Shown here in pieces: positions 9,927-19,643 of a stretch of 32,000 nt of DNA. Origin of the DNA: Polynucleobacter necessarius (GTDB taxonomy: Bacteria; Pseudomonadota; Gammaproteobacteria; Burkholderiales; Burkholderiaceae); contig NZ_LT606950.1 of assembly GCF_900095195.1 (NCBI RefSeq), forward strand, positions 1,281,946-1,313,945, in the 5' to 3' direction. The notes beneath the pieces are model-generated. The model ran no database searches. It was not told the DNA's origin and saw nothing but the letters and a program-made list of their open reading frames with translations. Position 1 is the stretch's first letter, and each line of letters opens with the position of its first letter. The translations under genes and the position numbers were made by a program.

Positions 9927-11096
9927 TTATTTGTTGTTAGCAACAGCAGCAACTACCTTAGTAGCGGCATCAGCCATTGAATCAGCGCTGATGATTGGCA
10001 AACCAGAGTCAGCAAGAATCTTCTTGCCGAGCTCTTCATTTGTACCCTTCATACGCACAACTAAAGGTACGGTGAGATTAACGGCTTTACATGCAGTCAC
10101 AACGCCGTCTGCAATCACATCGCAACGCATAATGCCACCAAAAATGTTCACTAGAATTGCCTTAACATTTTTATTCTTCAACATGATCTTGAAGGCTTCA
10201 GTTACTTTTTCTGCTGTAGCACCACCACCTACATCCAAGAAGTTAGCGGGTTCACCACCGAACAATTTAATCGTATCCATAGTCGCCATCGCTAAACCGG
10301 CGCCATTTACCAAGCAGCCAATGTTGCCATCTAAAGAGATGTAAGCAAGATCAAATTTTGATGCTTCGATTTCAGCGGCATCTTCCTCATCAATATCGCG
10401 GTAAGCAACGATTTCTGGTTGACGGAACAACGCATTAGGATCAAAGTTGAATTTTGCGTCCAACGCCTTAATCTTGCCATTGCCTTCCAGAATCAATGGA
10501 TTGATTTCTACTAGGGATGCATCAGTATCCCAGTAGGTTTTGTAGAGGTTTTTAAATACTTCACGAGCTTGTGGGATAGATCCTTCAGGCACGCCAATGC
10601 CTTTGGCAACAATGTCACAATCAGCATCTGTTAACCCGACCAATGGATCAATAAATACCTTGATAATTTTTTCTGGGTGCGAAGCGGCCACTTCTTCAAT
10701 ATCCATGCCGCCTTCACTGGAGGCCATGATCACATTCTTTTGTGTCGCACGGTCCGTAACAATACTGAAGTAGTACTCTTTTTTAATATCTGCGCCATCT
10801 TCAATTAAGAGACGATTCACTTTTTGACCCTCGGGTCCTGTTTGATGAGTCTTGAGTTGCATGCCTAAGATTTCAGAAACATATTTCTTAACTTCATCCA
10901 TGCTCTTTGCCAATTTCACGCCACCACCTTTACCGCGACCGCCAGCATGAATTTGAGCCTTCACAACCCAAACTGGGCCACCCAGTTTTTCAGCAGCTTT
11001 GACTGCCTCATCAACATTAAATGCGGGGATGCCGTTAGGAACGGGCACATTAAATTGGCGAAGAAGTTCTTTGCCTTGGTACTCGTGAATTTTCAT
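9927..11096 (-). CDS. sucC: succinyl-CoA ligase [ADP-forming] subunit beta
   Basis: 389-aa ORF ([15 protein letters not shown]...), immediately upstream of sucD. Confidence 0.95.
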   Translation of the reverse strand: MKIHEYQGKELLRQFNVPVPNGIPAFNVDEAVKAAEKLGGPVWVVKAQIHAGGRGKGGGVKLAKSMDEVKKYVSEILGMQLKTHQTGPEGQKVNRLLIEDGADIKKEYYFSIVTDRATQKNVIMASSEGGMDIEEVAASHPEKIIKVFIDPLVGLTDADCDIVAKGIGVPEGSIPQAREVFKNLYKTYWDTDASLVEINPLILEGNGKIKALDAKFNFDPNALFRQPEIVAYRDIDEEDAAEIEASKFDLAYISLDGNIGCLVNGAGLAMATMDTIKLFGGEPANFLDVGGGATAEKVTEAFKIMLKNKNVKAILVNIFGGIMRCDVIADGVVTACKAVNLTVPLVVRMKGTNEELGKKILADSGLPIISADSMADAATKVVAAVANNK

Positions 11097-11283
11097 AATT
11101 ACTCCGAAACGGTATCTTTTTTAGCAAGCGATGAGGATTTTTAAACCGACGTTGCCTAAATCTCATACTTACTCTGGAAATGACTGAAACAGCCAAATTT
11201 GAATAAATGCGAACGGCTTGACCGACTCTATGAGTCTATCATGTTGCAATGCCGCAATTAGCGTTTTTTGATCCGTAATTGCC

Positions 11284-11805
11284 CTAATCGGGGGTTTGAC
11301 CGCCAATCACCTTGGGGACCACATCTGGACTAAAATCCTTGGACACCAGGAACCGATAGTGCCTCGCACGCTTTTTTTGATCTTGAGGTTTTTGCCCATA
11401 CTTTCTTAGCCAAAGGTCGTATGCGCGCTGAAATTCGGCCACTTTGAGCTCGTTCAACAACTTAATTGACTGCCTTGAGTCAATATCTGCTCTTGCCAGC
11501 TCATCGGCAATTTTTCGCAAACCAAAACGCTCGCTTCTCCTGCGTACCAAGGCTTCGGCAAACCGCTCATCCGACAACCAACCTCGGGCCTCAAAATCAT
11601 CCAGGACAGCCTCAATGCTGGAGACTGTCGCTTGCTGATCTGAAGTTAAAGGTTCGTCACCCAACTTAGCCTACCGCGCCTCGAACTCAACTAATTTAGC
11701 ACCCAAGGTCTTACGACTATATTCTCGAAGCGATAAAAGACGCAAAGCCCGAGCTTTGAGGCTCGGGCTTTGCTTTGCTTTTTTACTACTAGGTCTGACA
11801 TGCAA
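11284..11805 (-). pseudogene. recX: RecA regulator RecX, interrupted by an in-frame TAG
   Basis: The ORF track gives only the C-terminal 126 aa, starting from a TTG at 11664. The same frame upstream reads (TTG 11805) HVRPSSKKAKQSPSLKARALRLLSLREYSRKTLGAKLVEFEAR-TAG(11671-11673)-AKLGDEPL. SLKARALRLLSLREYSR is the typical RecX N-terminal helix, so the ancestral gene started about 13 nt after recA. The exact start is uncertain, because an ATG at 11801 lies in another frame. Confidence 0.65.
11743..11772 (-). terminator. 12-bp stem-loop just downstream of recA, inside the 5' end of the recX frame (candidate attenuator)
   Basis: CAAAGCCCGAGC-tttgag-GCTCGGGCTTTG. T-rich sequence follows on both strands (cgtctttta on minus, ctttgctttttt on plus). 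Confidence 0.45.
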
Positions 11806-11818
11806 TTACTCAATGCCC

Positions 11819-12910
11819 TTATCCTACTTCCTCTTCCTCGCTCAAGACGTCGGTCACTACTGCAGAACCAACTTTGACACCCAACTTCTCACGAATCCTT
11901 GCCTCAATATCTTTAGCAATATCTGGGTTCTCTTTCAAGAAGTCGCGCACATTATCTTTGCCTTGACCAATACGATCGCCGTTATAACTGTACCAAGATC
12001 CTGACTTCTCAACGATGCCCGCCTCGACACCCATGTCAATAATCTCGCCCTCTCTCGAGATGCCGGCCCCATACATGATGCCAAAAATCGCTTCGCGGAA
12101 CGGTGGAGAAACCTTGTTTTTCACAACCTTAACGCGCGTTTCATTACCAACTACTTCATCGCCCTTTTTGATACTACCTATACGGCGAATATCCAAACGC
12201 ATTGAGGCATAGAACTTCAGCGCATTACCACCGGTAGTGGTTTCTGGTGAACCAAACATCACACCAATCTTCATGCGAATTTGGTTGATAAAGATCACTG
12301 TTGTATTGGTACGCTTAATAGCGCCAGTTAATTTACGCAAAGCTTGGCTCATTAAACGCGCTTGCAAACCCGGCAGGGAATCACCCATGTCACCTTCAAT
12401 TTCAGCCTTTGGAACTAAGGCAGCTACAGAGTCAATGACGATCAGGTCAATTGAACCAGAACGCACTAATGCATCTGCAATCTCTAAAGCTTGCTCACCA
12501 GTGTCTGGTTGAGAAATCAATAGATTATTGACGTCCACGCCAAGCTTGCCTGCGTACTGAACATCTAAAGCATGTTCAGCATCAATAAATGCACAAGTAC
12601 CGCCAAGCTTTTGCATCTCAGCAACTGCATGCAAGGTTAATGTCGTTTTACCCGATGACTCTGGGCCATAAATTTCAATGACGCGACCACGAGCCAAGCC
12701 ACCAACCCCCAGGGCGATATCCAAGCCCAACGAACCACTCGATACCACTTGTATGTCTTGGCTAATTTCAGCATCACCCAATCGCATGATTGAGCCCTTG
12801 CCAAATTGCTTTTCAATCTGCGCCAAGGCTGCTGTTAACGCTTTTTGCTTGTCTCCGCTCATTCCATCAAACTCTGATGAAACTGATTTTCTTTTTTCAT
12901 CCAAGGCCAT
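11819..12910 (-). CDS. recA: recombinase RecA
   Basis: 363-aa uninterrupted ORF with Walker [10 protein letters not shown] and all the conserved RecA blocks. Confidence 0.97.
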   Translation of the reverse strand: MALDEKRKSVSSEFDGMSGDKQKALTAALAQIEKQFGKGSIMRLGDAEISQDIQVVSSGSLGLDIALGVGGLARGRVIEIYGPESSGKTTLTLHAVAEMQKLGGTCAFIDAEHALDVQYAGKLGVDVNNLLISQPDTGEQALEIADALVRSGSIDLIVIDSVAALVPKAEIEGDMGDSLPGLQARLMSQALRKLTGAIKRTNTTVIFINQIRMKIGVMFGSPETTTGGNALKFYASMRLDIRRIGSIKKGDEVVGNETRVKVVKNKVSPPFREAIFGIMYGAGISREGEIIDMGVEAGIVEKSGSWYSYNGDRIGQGKDNVRDFLKENPDIAKDIEARIREKLGVKVGSAVVTDVLSEEEEVG

Positions 12911-12983
12911 TTTTATTCCCTTTTCGCCTTGTATTGGGCTTTTTCCCGAAGTTTTTTTCTACTGTCTAACAACTTATGGGTTA

Positions 12984-12999
12984 CTGTATATAAAAACAG
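12984..12999 (-). promoter_or_regulatory. LexA (SOS) box upstream of recA
   Basis: CTGT-atataaaa-ACAG is an exact CTGT-N8-ACAG beta/gamma-proteobacterial SOS box, 74 nt upstream of the recA ATG. It overlaps a plausible promoter on the minus strand (TTGCAA at 13006-13011, N17, TACAGT). Confidence 0.75.
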
Positions 13000-13029
13000 C
13001 ATTATTTGCAAGCGACTTTTTAACGGAAT

Positions 13030-13563
13030 TTACGGATTTTTTACTAGGCTTTGCTCCAAAGGGGTGCGATCCCAGTAGAAAAACAGTGGGATCGCGACTG
13101 CCCAAACCACGCCAATCAGGACAAGCCAGATTATTTGGCCTCCAGGACCCCAACTGCCAGCGCCCATTGAATACCTGCCTCATAAGACATTGGACCGCAA
13201 ATACTCCCTAAAAAGGCCCCCAAAATCGGCCTGCCACGAAGCCAAGAAAGGGAGCCATTAATTGTTGTAGCCACCAATAGCCAAAGCGCCCACATCCAGA
13301 CTGGAGAAAGATTGCTCGATGGCCAAGCATCCTGAAAATCCAGGCATCCCAAATGCACAATTAGGGTGTCAGTCAGAATCCCTTAAAAATTAAGGCCCTG
13401 ATGAGCAAGTGAAATGATTCTTTGGGCTCATCAAGTTGCCAGATATGAAAAGCGATGTAAATCAAGGTCCCGAGCACGGCCCAAAGCACTTGCTGATTGG
13501 CCGCCCCCAATACACAAGCAAACCAACCCAGCTGGAAAAAGACGAAGTTCCAAAATTAGACAT
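13030..13563 (-). pseudogene. DUF2878-like small membrane protein, three frameshifts
   Basis: ATG at 13563 (MSNF...) is followed by three segments in three different frames:
- FWNFVFFQLGWFACVLGAANQQVLWAVLGTLIYIAFHIWQLDEPKESFHLLIRALIF
- GILTDTLIVHLGCLDFQDAWPSSNLSPVWMWALWLLVATTINGSLSWLRGRPILGAFLGSICGPMSYEAG
- IIWLVLIGVVWAVAIPLFFYWDRTPLEQSLVKNP*
The shifts are at about 13552-13555 (T4 run on the coding strand), about 13376-13390 and about 13131-13175. The family name is from memory. Confidence 0.6.
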
Positions 13564-13623
13564 AGGAGAGATTCTACGGGCCGAAGAAAAAGACCACTGC
13601 TGTTAAGCAATGGCCTTGGTATT

Positions 13624-13700
13624 TGGAGGCGAATCAGGGATTTGAACCCCGGACCTGCGGATTATGATTCCGTCGCTCTAACCAGCTGAGCTAATTCGCC
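13624..13700 (-). tRNA. tRNA with CAT anticodon (elongator Met, or Ile2 if lysidine-modified)
   Basis: The 77-nt sequence GGCGAATTAGCTCAGCTGGTTAGAGCGACGGAATCATAATCCGCAGGTCCGGGGTTCAAATCCCTGATTCGCCTCCA folds as a cloverleaf. It has a 7-bp acceptor stem, GCTC/GAGC D stem, anticodon loop AT-CAT-AA, T arm CGGGG/CCCTG with TTCAAAT, and an encoded CCA. G1-C72 pairing argues against an initiator tRNA. Confidence 0.9.
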
Positions 13701-13767
13701 GAATGTGTGATTGTAGCAAATCCGCCTTATTCTGTAATACATAGAGCCAGAAACGTAATATAGAAAG

Positions 13768-14088
13768 ATGAGCAAATTCCTTCAAAAACAGCTGATTTTG
13801 GTATTTTTAGGGTGTTTTATAGCCATGAACACCCACGCAGCCCAAATCTTCATCACCAACTATCCCTCTGAAGCAAATGCCAAAGTCTTTGCAACGAAGT
13901 ATCAGTCCGAAGCAAATTGCATTGTTTATGAAACGCAATATTCCAGCGATAACGAGCCGGGCGTGTGGTTTTATACAAAATATAAAAGCGATGCGAGAGC
14001 AACGATCTATTGCACCCAATACAAATTGGAAGCAGATCTCATTGTCTATTACACCAAGTACAAAAGTGATGCCCGCTGTCGTTATTAA
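13768..14088 (+). CDS. small secreted protein made of six tandem ~13-aa repeats
   Basis: 106-aa ORF with signal peptide MSKFLQKQLILVFLGCFIAMNTHA|AQ. It is followed by TNYPSEANAKVFA / TKYQSEANCIVYE / TQYSSDNEPGVWFY / TKYKSDARATIYC / TQYKLEADLIVYY / TKYKSDARCRY. Confidence 0.6.
   Translation: MSKFLQKQLILVFLGCFIAMNTHAAQIFITNYPSEANAKVFATKYQSEANCIVYETQYSSDNEPGVWFYTKYKSDARATIYCTQYKLEADLIVYYTKYKSDARCRY
13855..14085 (+). repeat. intragenic tandem repeat (about 39-bp unit, 6 copies, diverged)
   Basis: Periodic T-x-Y-x-S-[ED]-A-x-x-x-[VI]-[YF]-x units, visible in the translation of 13768..14088. Confidence 0.6.
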
Positions 14089-14713
14089 TGAATAACTCGC
14101 ATATGAGGCTTACCTCCATCTCCTCGGGAAAAGTATCCCCACTTTTTGGCAATCATCACCCCGACTACAAATCTGTCGCCTCAGCGATCCGCAAGAAAAG
14201 TATTAGCAACTTGCAAAACCCTGCAACGGTAGAAATCAACAATCTCGGCGCCAAAGGTGATGAACAGGCCGACCTGAGCGTTCATGGAGGTCTCGAGAAA
14301 GCTATTTATGTATACCCCGTTGAGCATTACGCATTTTGGAACGAACTACTCACTCGTGAAACCAAAAAAGAGACACAGCTCGAATATGGGGCAATTGGTG
14401 AAAACTTCACGGTTGAATGTCTACTGGAAACAGGGGTATTCGTTGGCGACAAATTGCGAATTGGCGAGCTGGAGTTCGTCGTTGTTAAATTGCGAGAGCC
14501 TTGCTTTAAGTTCAATGCTGCAATAGGTTACAAAGGCGCCAGCAAAGCGATGCCGCAATCAGATTATAGCGGCTGGTATTTCGTGTACTCAAAACCGGCA
14601 TGGCTTCGGCAGGCGCACAAATCCCCGTCGATCCCGGCTCAAGAAACACCTCAATCGCCCAGCAAAATCAACAGCTCTTAAAGAGTCGCAATCAACGAGA
14701 TTTGTGGGAATAA
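14088..14713 (+). pseudogene. MOSC domain protein (YiiM-like), C-terminal frameshift
   Basis: The N-terminal 165 aa fit YiiM (GDEQADLSVHGGLEKAIYVYPVEHYAFW, GAIGENFTVE, LREPCFKFN, SGWYF). After about 14578-14588 the annotated frame gives low-complexity VYSKPAWLRQAHKSPS. The +2 frame gives the expected RVLKTGMASAGAQIPVDPGSRNTSIAQQNQQLLKSRNQRDLWE* and ends at 14713. Confidence 0.7.
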
Positions 14714-14741
14714 AAAACCCGATCATTTGAGATCGGGTTTT
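14714..14741. terminator. bidirectional intrinsic terminator between the convergent MOSC and MFS loci
   Basis: AAAACCCGATC-atttga-GATCGGGTTTT, with A/T runs flanking on both sides. Confidence 0.7.
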
Positions 14742-14765
14742 TAATTTGCTTCAGACTAAAAATGC

Positions 14766-16426
14766 TTAGTCACGGGCATAGATATCTACGTCTTTGGTTT
14801 CACGGACAAACAGTGTACCGATTACCAATGTCATCGCAGCGATGATAATTGGGTACCAGAGACCGTAGTAAATGTTACCGTTTTGCGCAACCAAGGCGAA
14901 GGAGATAGTTGGCAACAAGCCGCCGAACCAACCGTTACCAATATGGTATGGCAAGGACATAGAGGTGTAACGAATGCGGGTTGGGAACATCTCAACCAAC
15001 ATTGCAGCGATTGGGCCATAAACCATGGTTACCAAGATCACCAAGTACACCAACAATAGCAATACAGCTACGTAGTTAATTTGTGAGGAATCCGCTTTAG
15101 CTGGATAACCAGCAGCATTCAACGCTTCACGAATTTGTTTCTTGAACTCAGCATCCTTTGCTTTTGCTTCAGCCGGATCAATACCCTTCGATGTATAGCC
15201 AGTGATTTCTGTATCACCAATCTTTATACTACCCGTTGGTCCAGGAATCGTTGTGTAGCTAGCAGAGTTAGACGCCATCACCTATTTAGCGATATCGCAA
15301 GAACTAGTGAACTTCGCTGTGCCTGTTGGGCTGAACTGGAATGTACATTCGTTCACATCAGCAGTAATAGTTGCTGGTGAAGTTGCCATTGCCTTTTCCA
15401 ACGCAGGGTTCGCAAAGTGGGTCAAAGCATTAAATACTGACACTGGTGTATTAGGAATATAAGTAATGATTGCTAGGAGCAAGCCACCCATAATGATTAC
15501 TTTGCGGCCAATCTTGTCAGACCAAGAACCAAATACTACGAAGAATGGTGTGCCGATTACCAAGGATGCGGCAATCAACAAGTTTGCAGTCTTAGGATCT
15601 ACCTTCAATACTTGGGTGAGGTAGAACAAAGCGTAGAACTGACCGGTGTACCAAACCACCGCTTGACCTGCAACCAGACCAAACAATGCCAAGATAACAA
15701 TCTTCAAGCTCTTCTATTGGCCAAATGACTCGGACAAAGGTGCTTTAGATAATTTACCCTCTTCTTTCATCTTCTTGAAAGCTGGAGACTCATTCATAGA
15801 CAAACGAATCCATACAGAGATCGCCAACAATGCAATAGAAGCGATGAAAGGAACGGCCAACCCCAAACATCAAAGTCTGGGCCTGTGAATTCACGTGTGA
15901 ACAAAATCACGAGCAAGGACAAGAACAAGCCAAGAGTAGCTGTTGTCTGAATCCATGCTGTGTATGCGCCACGCTTTCCGTTAGGAGCATGTTCTGCAAC
16001 GTAAGTAGCTGCACCGCCGTACTCACCACCCAATGCTAAACCTTGAAGCATGCGTAATGCGATCAAGATCACTGGAGCGGCAACACGGATGGTTGCATAG
16101 TTCGGCAGAATACCAACGATGAACGTTGCGCAACCCATCAACAGGATGGTGACCAAGAACGTATATTTACGTCCGATCGAATCGCCTAAGCGACCGAACA
16201 CCAACGCGCCAAATGGACGCACAATGAAACCAGCAGCAAACGCTAACAAGGCGAAAATGAAGGCAGAGCCTGCATCTAGGCCTGAAAAGAACTGCTTGGC
16301 AATAACGGCAGCCAAAGAACCGTAAAGATAAAAGTCGTACTACTCAAAAACCGTACCTAATGAGGAAACAAAAATAACTTTGCGCTCTTCAGCGGTCATT
16401 GGGGCTGCTTTAGTTGATGTTGACAT
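14766..16426 (-). pseudogene. MFS transporter (metabolite:H+ symporter / ProP-like family), 3 in-frame TAG stops and 1 frameshift
   Basis: ATG at 16426 has an AGGAG Shine-Dalgarno. The reconstruction reads as follows:
- MSTSTKAAPMTAEERKVIFVSSLGTVFE-TAG(16340-16342)-YDFYLYGSLAAVIAKQFF...DFDVWGW
- 1-bp loss at about 15853-15860
- VPFIASIALLAISVWIRLSMNESPAFKKMKEEGKLSKAPLSESFGQ-TAG(15714-15716)-KSLKIVILALFG...SSCDIAK-TAG(15282-15284)-VMASNS...YARD*
The four ORF-track pieces (16315, 15707, 15281 and the unlisted N-terminus) join into one polytopic protein of about 553 aa. Confidence 0.85.
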
Positions 16427-16636
16427 CAGTAGCTCCTAACTATTTTTATTAAATAAAAAACAACGAACCGATTATGCTTTGAAAAAAATCAAAGAAATCC
16501 ACTAGTTAGGGTAATTCCTCATCAATTAGGATCGGGGTTTTCCCGAAAAGTTCACCAATATATGGCGTCAGCGCAACAATACGGCGTGTGTTGTCTAATT
16601 AGCCATTCAAACTAAATTCATCAATACCAAATAACC

Positions 16637-18219
16637 ATGCAACAAAAATGGGTAATAAGGGGGATGGCAGTTGTGCCGCACTCCCTCGCTTCTGAATCGG
16701 CTTTGGCTATTCTTCGCGAAGGTGGTAATGCACTCGAGGCAATTGTGGCCGCAGCAGCAACAATTGCCGTTGTGTACCCACATATGAATTCTATTGGCGG
16801 CGATTCCTTTTGGGTGATTCATTCCCAAGGTAAAGCGATGGGTGGCATCGATGCTTGTGGCGCTGATGCGGGCTTAGCAACGAAACGTTGATATGCGGAT
16901 CATGGCATCCAGCGTCCATTCCATTTCGCGGAGCGGTTGCTGCAATACCGTTGCTGGAACCATCTCTGGTTGGGGCGCAGCACACAAACTCTCAAAGGAA
17001 GGTCTAGGCGGAAAAATTCCGCTCTCACGCTTATTAGCCGATGCAATTCATTATGCAGAAGCGGGAGTACCTGTTACATATAGCCAATCAAGCTTAACTG
17101 CCAAAAAGCGGGAAGAACTGAGCTCGATTCCCGGCTTTTCAAAAACATTTCTGGTTAATGGCAAGGCCCCAGCTGTAGGCAGCATCTTCAAACAAGGGCG
17201 ACTAGCTAAAACTTTACGTCAAATTGCCGCCAAAGGAACCGAAGAGTTTTATCGGGGTGATCTTGCAGATTTATTGGCAAAAGAGTTGACCGATATTGGT
17301 AGCCCATTAAGACTGAGCGATTTGCATCGACATCAAGCAAAACTCATTGATCCACTCGAACTAAGACACAGCCTAGGAAATGTCTACAACATGGTGCCAC
17401 CTACTCAAGGTGTCGTGTCACTCATGATTATTGGCATCCTGGATCAACTCAATCTCAAGCGCTTCAAGGTAGATAGTGCGGAATACGTTCATCACTGCGT
17501 AGAGGCCACTAAACAAGCATTTAAGATTCGCGATCAATTCATTACCGATCCTGCGTATATGACAAAAAATGCGCAATCCTTTTTGTCGCCAATATTTCTA
17601 AAAAAACTAGCTAAGAATATTGACCCAAATAAGGCATTGCCTTGGGGTCAAGGTAAAGGACCAGCAGACACCATCTGGATGGGTATGATCGACGGCGCGG
17701 GAAACTGCGTTTCGTTTATTCAAAGCATCTATCACGAGTTTTGGTCCGGAATCGTGTTGCCTAAATCTGGAGCTAATTGGCAAAACCGTGGTTGCAGTTT
17801 CTCTTTAGACTCTAAGTCTCTGAATCATCTTGAACCCTATTGCAAGCCATTCCACACCTTAAACCCAGCAATGGCCTTATTTAAAGATGGTCGCCCAATG
17901 GTTTACGGCACGATGGGTGGCGATGGGCAACCCCAAACCCAATGTGCGGTATTTACCCGCACAGCAACCTATGGTCTCGATCCACAAGACGCGATAAGTC
18001 GTCCACGCTGGTTGCTGGGTCGGACCTGGGGGCAGACCAGTGGAAACACGCTTTAGCCATTGGGTTGCGAAAGAATTGCACGCCATGGGTCATGAAATTG
18101 AAATGCTCGATGCATTTGATGAGACCGTTGGTCACACAGGCTGCATCATTCGCGATCCCTCGGGGATACTTCGTGGTGGATGGGATCCCCGTAGCGACGG
18201 CGCTGTCAGCGCGTTTTAG
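16637..18219 (+). pseudogene. ggt: gamma-glutamyltransferase family protein, 1 in-frame TGA and 3 frameshifts
   Basis: The reconstruction reads as follows:
- GMAVVPHSLASESALAILREGGNALEAIVAAAATIAVVYPHMNSIGGDSFWVIH...ATKR-TGA(16889-16891)-YADHGIQ
- shift at about 16909-16916
- SIPFRGAVAA
- shift at about 16943-16947
- TVAGTISGWGAAHKL...TLNPAMALF...GTMGGDGQPQTQ...RPRWLLGRTWGQ
- shift at about 18036-18045
- VETRFSHWVAKELHAMGHEIEMLDAFDETVGHTGCIIRDPSGILRGGWDPRSDGAVSAF*. Confidence 0.85.
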
Positions 18220-18835
18220 TAATAAACATTTTAGGAACGCGCAGATCCCAATGAATGGCGACTGCGCGTAATCCAAAAATTCCCAACATACAGAGTACCG
18301 ATCCCTCAAGCGCATATTGCGGAATAAGGTTCAACACCAATATATACGCACAACATCCTAAAGTAACGGGAATGGCATACAACTCATGCGACATGATGAG
18401 TGTTTTTCGCCCTGCCAGAATGTCTCGTATTAATCCACCGCCTATCGCAGTAATAACCCCCAAAATCACTGGTCCCACGGGAAGTCCATATCCCATCGTC
18501 CAAGCCTTGTCTGTACCTTGAATCGCAAAAAGCGCAGCACCAAAACCATCGATGTACAACATCCGGCGGTAAATTTGTGGCTGAGTAAAAAACGATTCTG
18601 CTACAAAGGCCATGACGCTGGCACCAAGTGCTAACCACACATATATTTGGCTCTCCGACCAAAATACTGGGGCCTCCAAAATAATGTCCCGAATGGTTCC
18701 GCCGCCAATGGCAGTTATCAGGCCTAAAACCAGCACACCAAATAGGTCAACGCCTCGATCAGCAATTGCCAGTACGCCTGTAACCGCAAACGCCATCGTT
18801 GCAACCACCCCAATCCAAAATTGAATGTGTTCCAT
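18206..18835 (-). CDS. trimeric intracellular cation channel (TRIC/UPF0126, YadS-like) membrane protein
   Basis: 209-aa ORF with the duplicated motif ITAIGGGTIRDI / ITAIGGGLIRDI. Its 3' end overlaps the ggt pseudogene end by 14 nt. Confidence 0.8.
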   Translation of the reverse strand: MEHIQFWIGVVATMAFAVTGVLAIADRGVDLFGVLVLGLITAIGGGTIRDIILEAPVFWSESQIYVWLALGASVMAFVAESFFTQPQIYRRMLYIDGFGAALFAIQGTDKAWTMGYGLPVGPVILGVITAIGGGLIRDILAGRKTLIMSHELYAIPVTLGCCAYILVLNLIPQYALEGSVLCMLGIFGLRAVAIHWDLRVPKMFITKTR

Positions 18836-18921
18836 GCAAGCAGTCTAAAGCACTTTAAATAGCCAAACCAAAATTTAGGGGATGCATATACTGTTAGTCA
18901 TCATGTCCCAAAAGCCTCAAT

Positions 18922-19599
18922 ATGAAACCTAAGCTCTATAGTTTTTGGCGCAGCTCAGCTGCATTTCGGGTGCGCATTGCCCTAAATCTAAAGGGCATCA
19001 ACTATGACATTTTTCCAGTCCATTTAAGTAAAGATGGTGGCGACCAACTTTCAGAAACGTATGCCAATAAAAATCCAAACCGTTTGGTACCACTTCTAGA
19101 GGATGGTCATAATAGCCTTCATCAATCGGTTGCCATTATTGAATACCTTGAAGAAATTCACGCGCAACCCGCCCTACTTCCGAAATTAGCAATCGATCGT
19201 GCGTGGGTGCGTGCTTTAGCGCTGGATATTGCGAGCGATATCCACCCAATTGATAACTTGAGAGTCTTACGTTACTTGGTAAAAAAACTGGGCATCAGCA
19301 CTCAAGCCAAAGAAGATTGGTATCAACACTGGATATCCGTTGGCTTAGATAGTCTTGAAAAGCGGTTGATAAATGATCAACGCGTTGGACGATTTGTTTA
19401 TGGTGATCAACCTGGACTCATTGATATCTGTCTTGTACCTCAGATCTTTAATGCCTTAAGCGCCAAGATGGATATGAGCCCTTATCCAACAATCATGAGA
19501 ATCTTTAATGAATGTATGAAGCTACCAGCTTTTATAGATGCATCCTGGGAAAAACAAATTGATGCAGAGGGCCCAAATCCAACTAGCGCATACCAATAA
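18922..19599 (+). CDS. maiA: maleylacetoacetate isomerase (zeta-class GST)
   Basis: 225-aa ORF. LYSFWRSSAAFRVRIALNLKG and NPNRLVPLLEDG are typical of GST-zeta/MaiA. Confidence 0.8.
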   Translation: MKPKLYSFWRSSAAFRVRIALNLKGINYDIFPVHLSKDGGDQLSETYANKNPNRLVPLLEDGHNSLHQSVAIIEYLEEIHAQPALLPKLAIDRAWVRALALDIASDIHPIDNLRVLRYLVKKLGISTQAKEDWYQHWISVGLDSLEKRLINDQRVGRFVYGDQPGLIDICLVPQIFNALSAKMDMSPYPTIMRIFNECMKLPAFIDASWEKQIDAEGPNPTSAYQ

Positions 19600-19643
19600 T
19601 CACCAGGGAAATCTGTCGCAGTGATTTAGCTCGAAGGCAAAAA

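Noticed and set aside
13414-13689. A 91-aa plus-strand ORF spanning the DUF2878-like locus and the tRNA.
   Set aside because: It overlaps the minus-strand tRNA-Met and the readable DUF2878-like frames. Its translation is basic, low-complexity junk.
13855-14085. The periodic 39-bp repeats could be a CRISPR-like or other non-coding tandem array.
   Set aside because: The units are diverged at the DNA level but conserved at the amino-acid level. They lie in one open frame behind a signal peptide, so they form a coding repeat.
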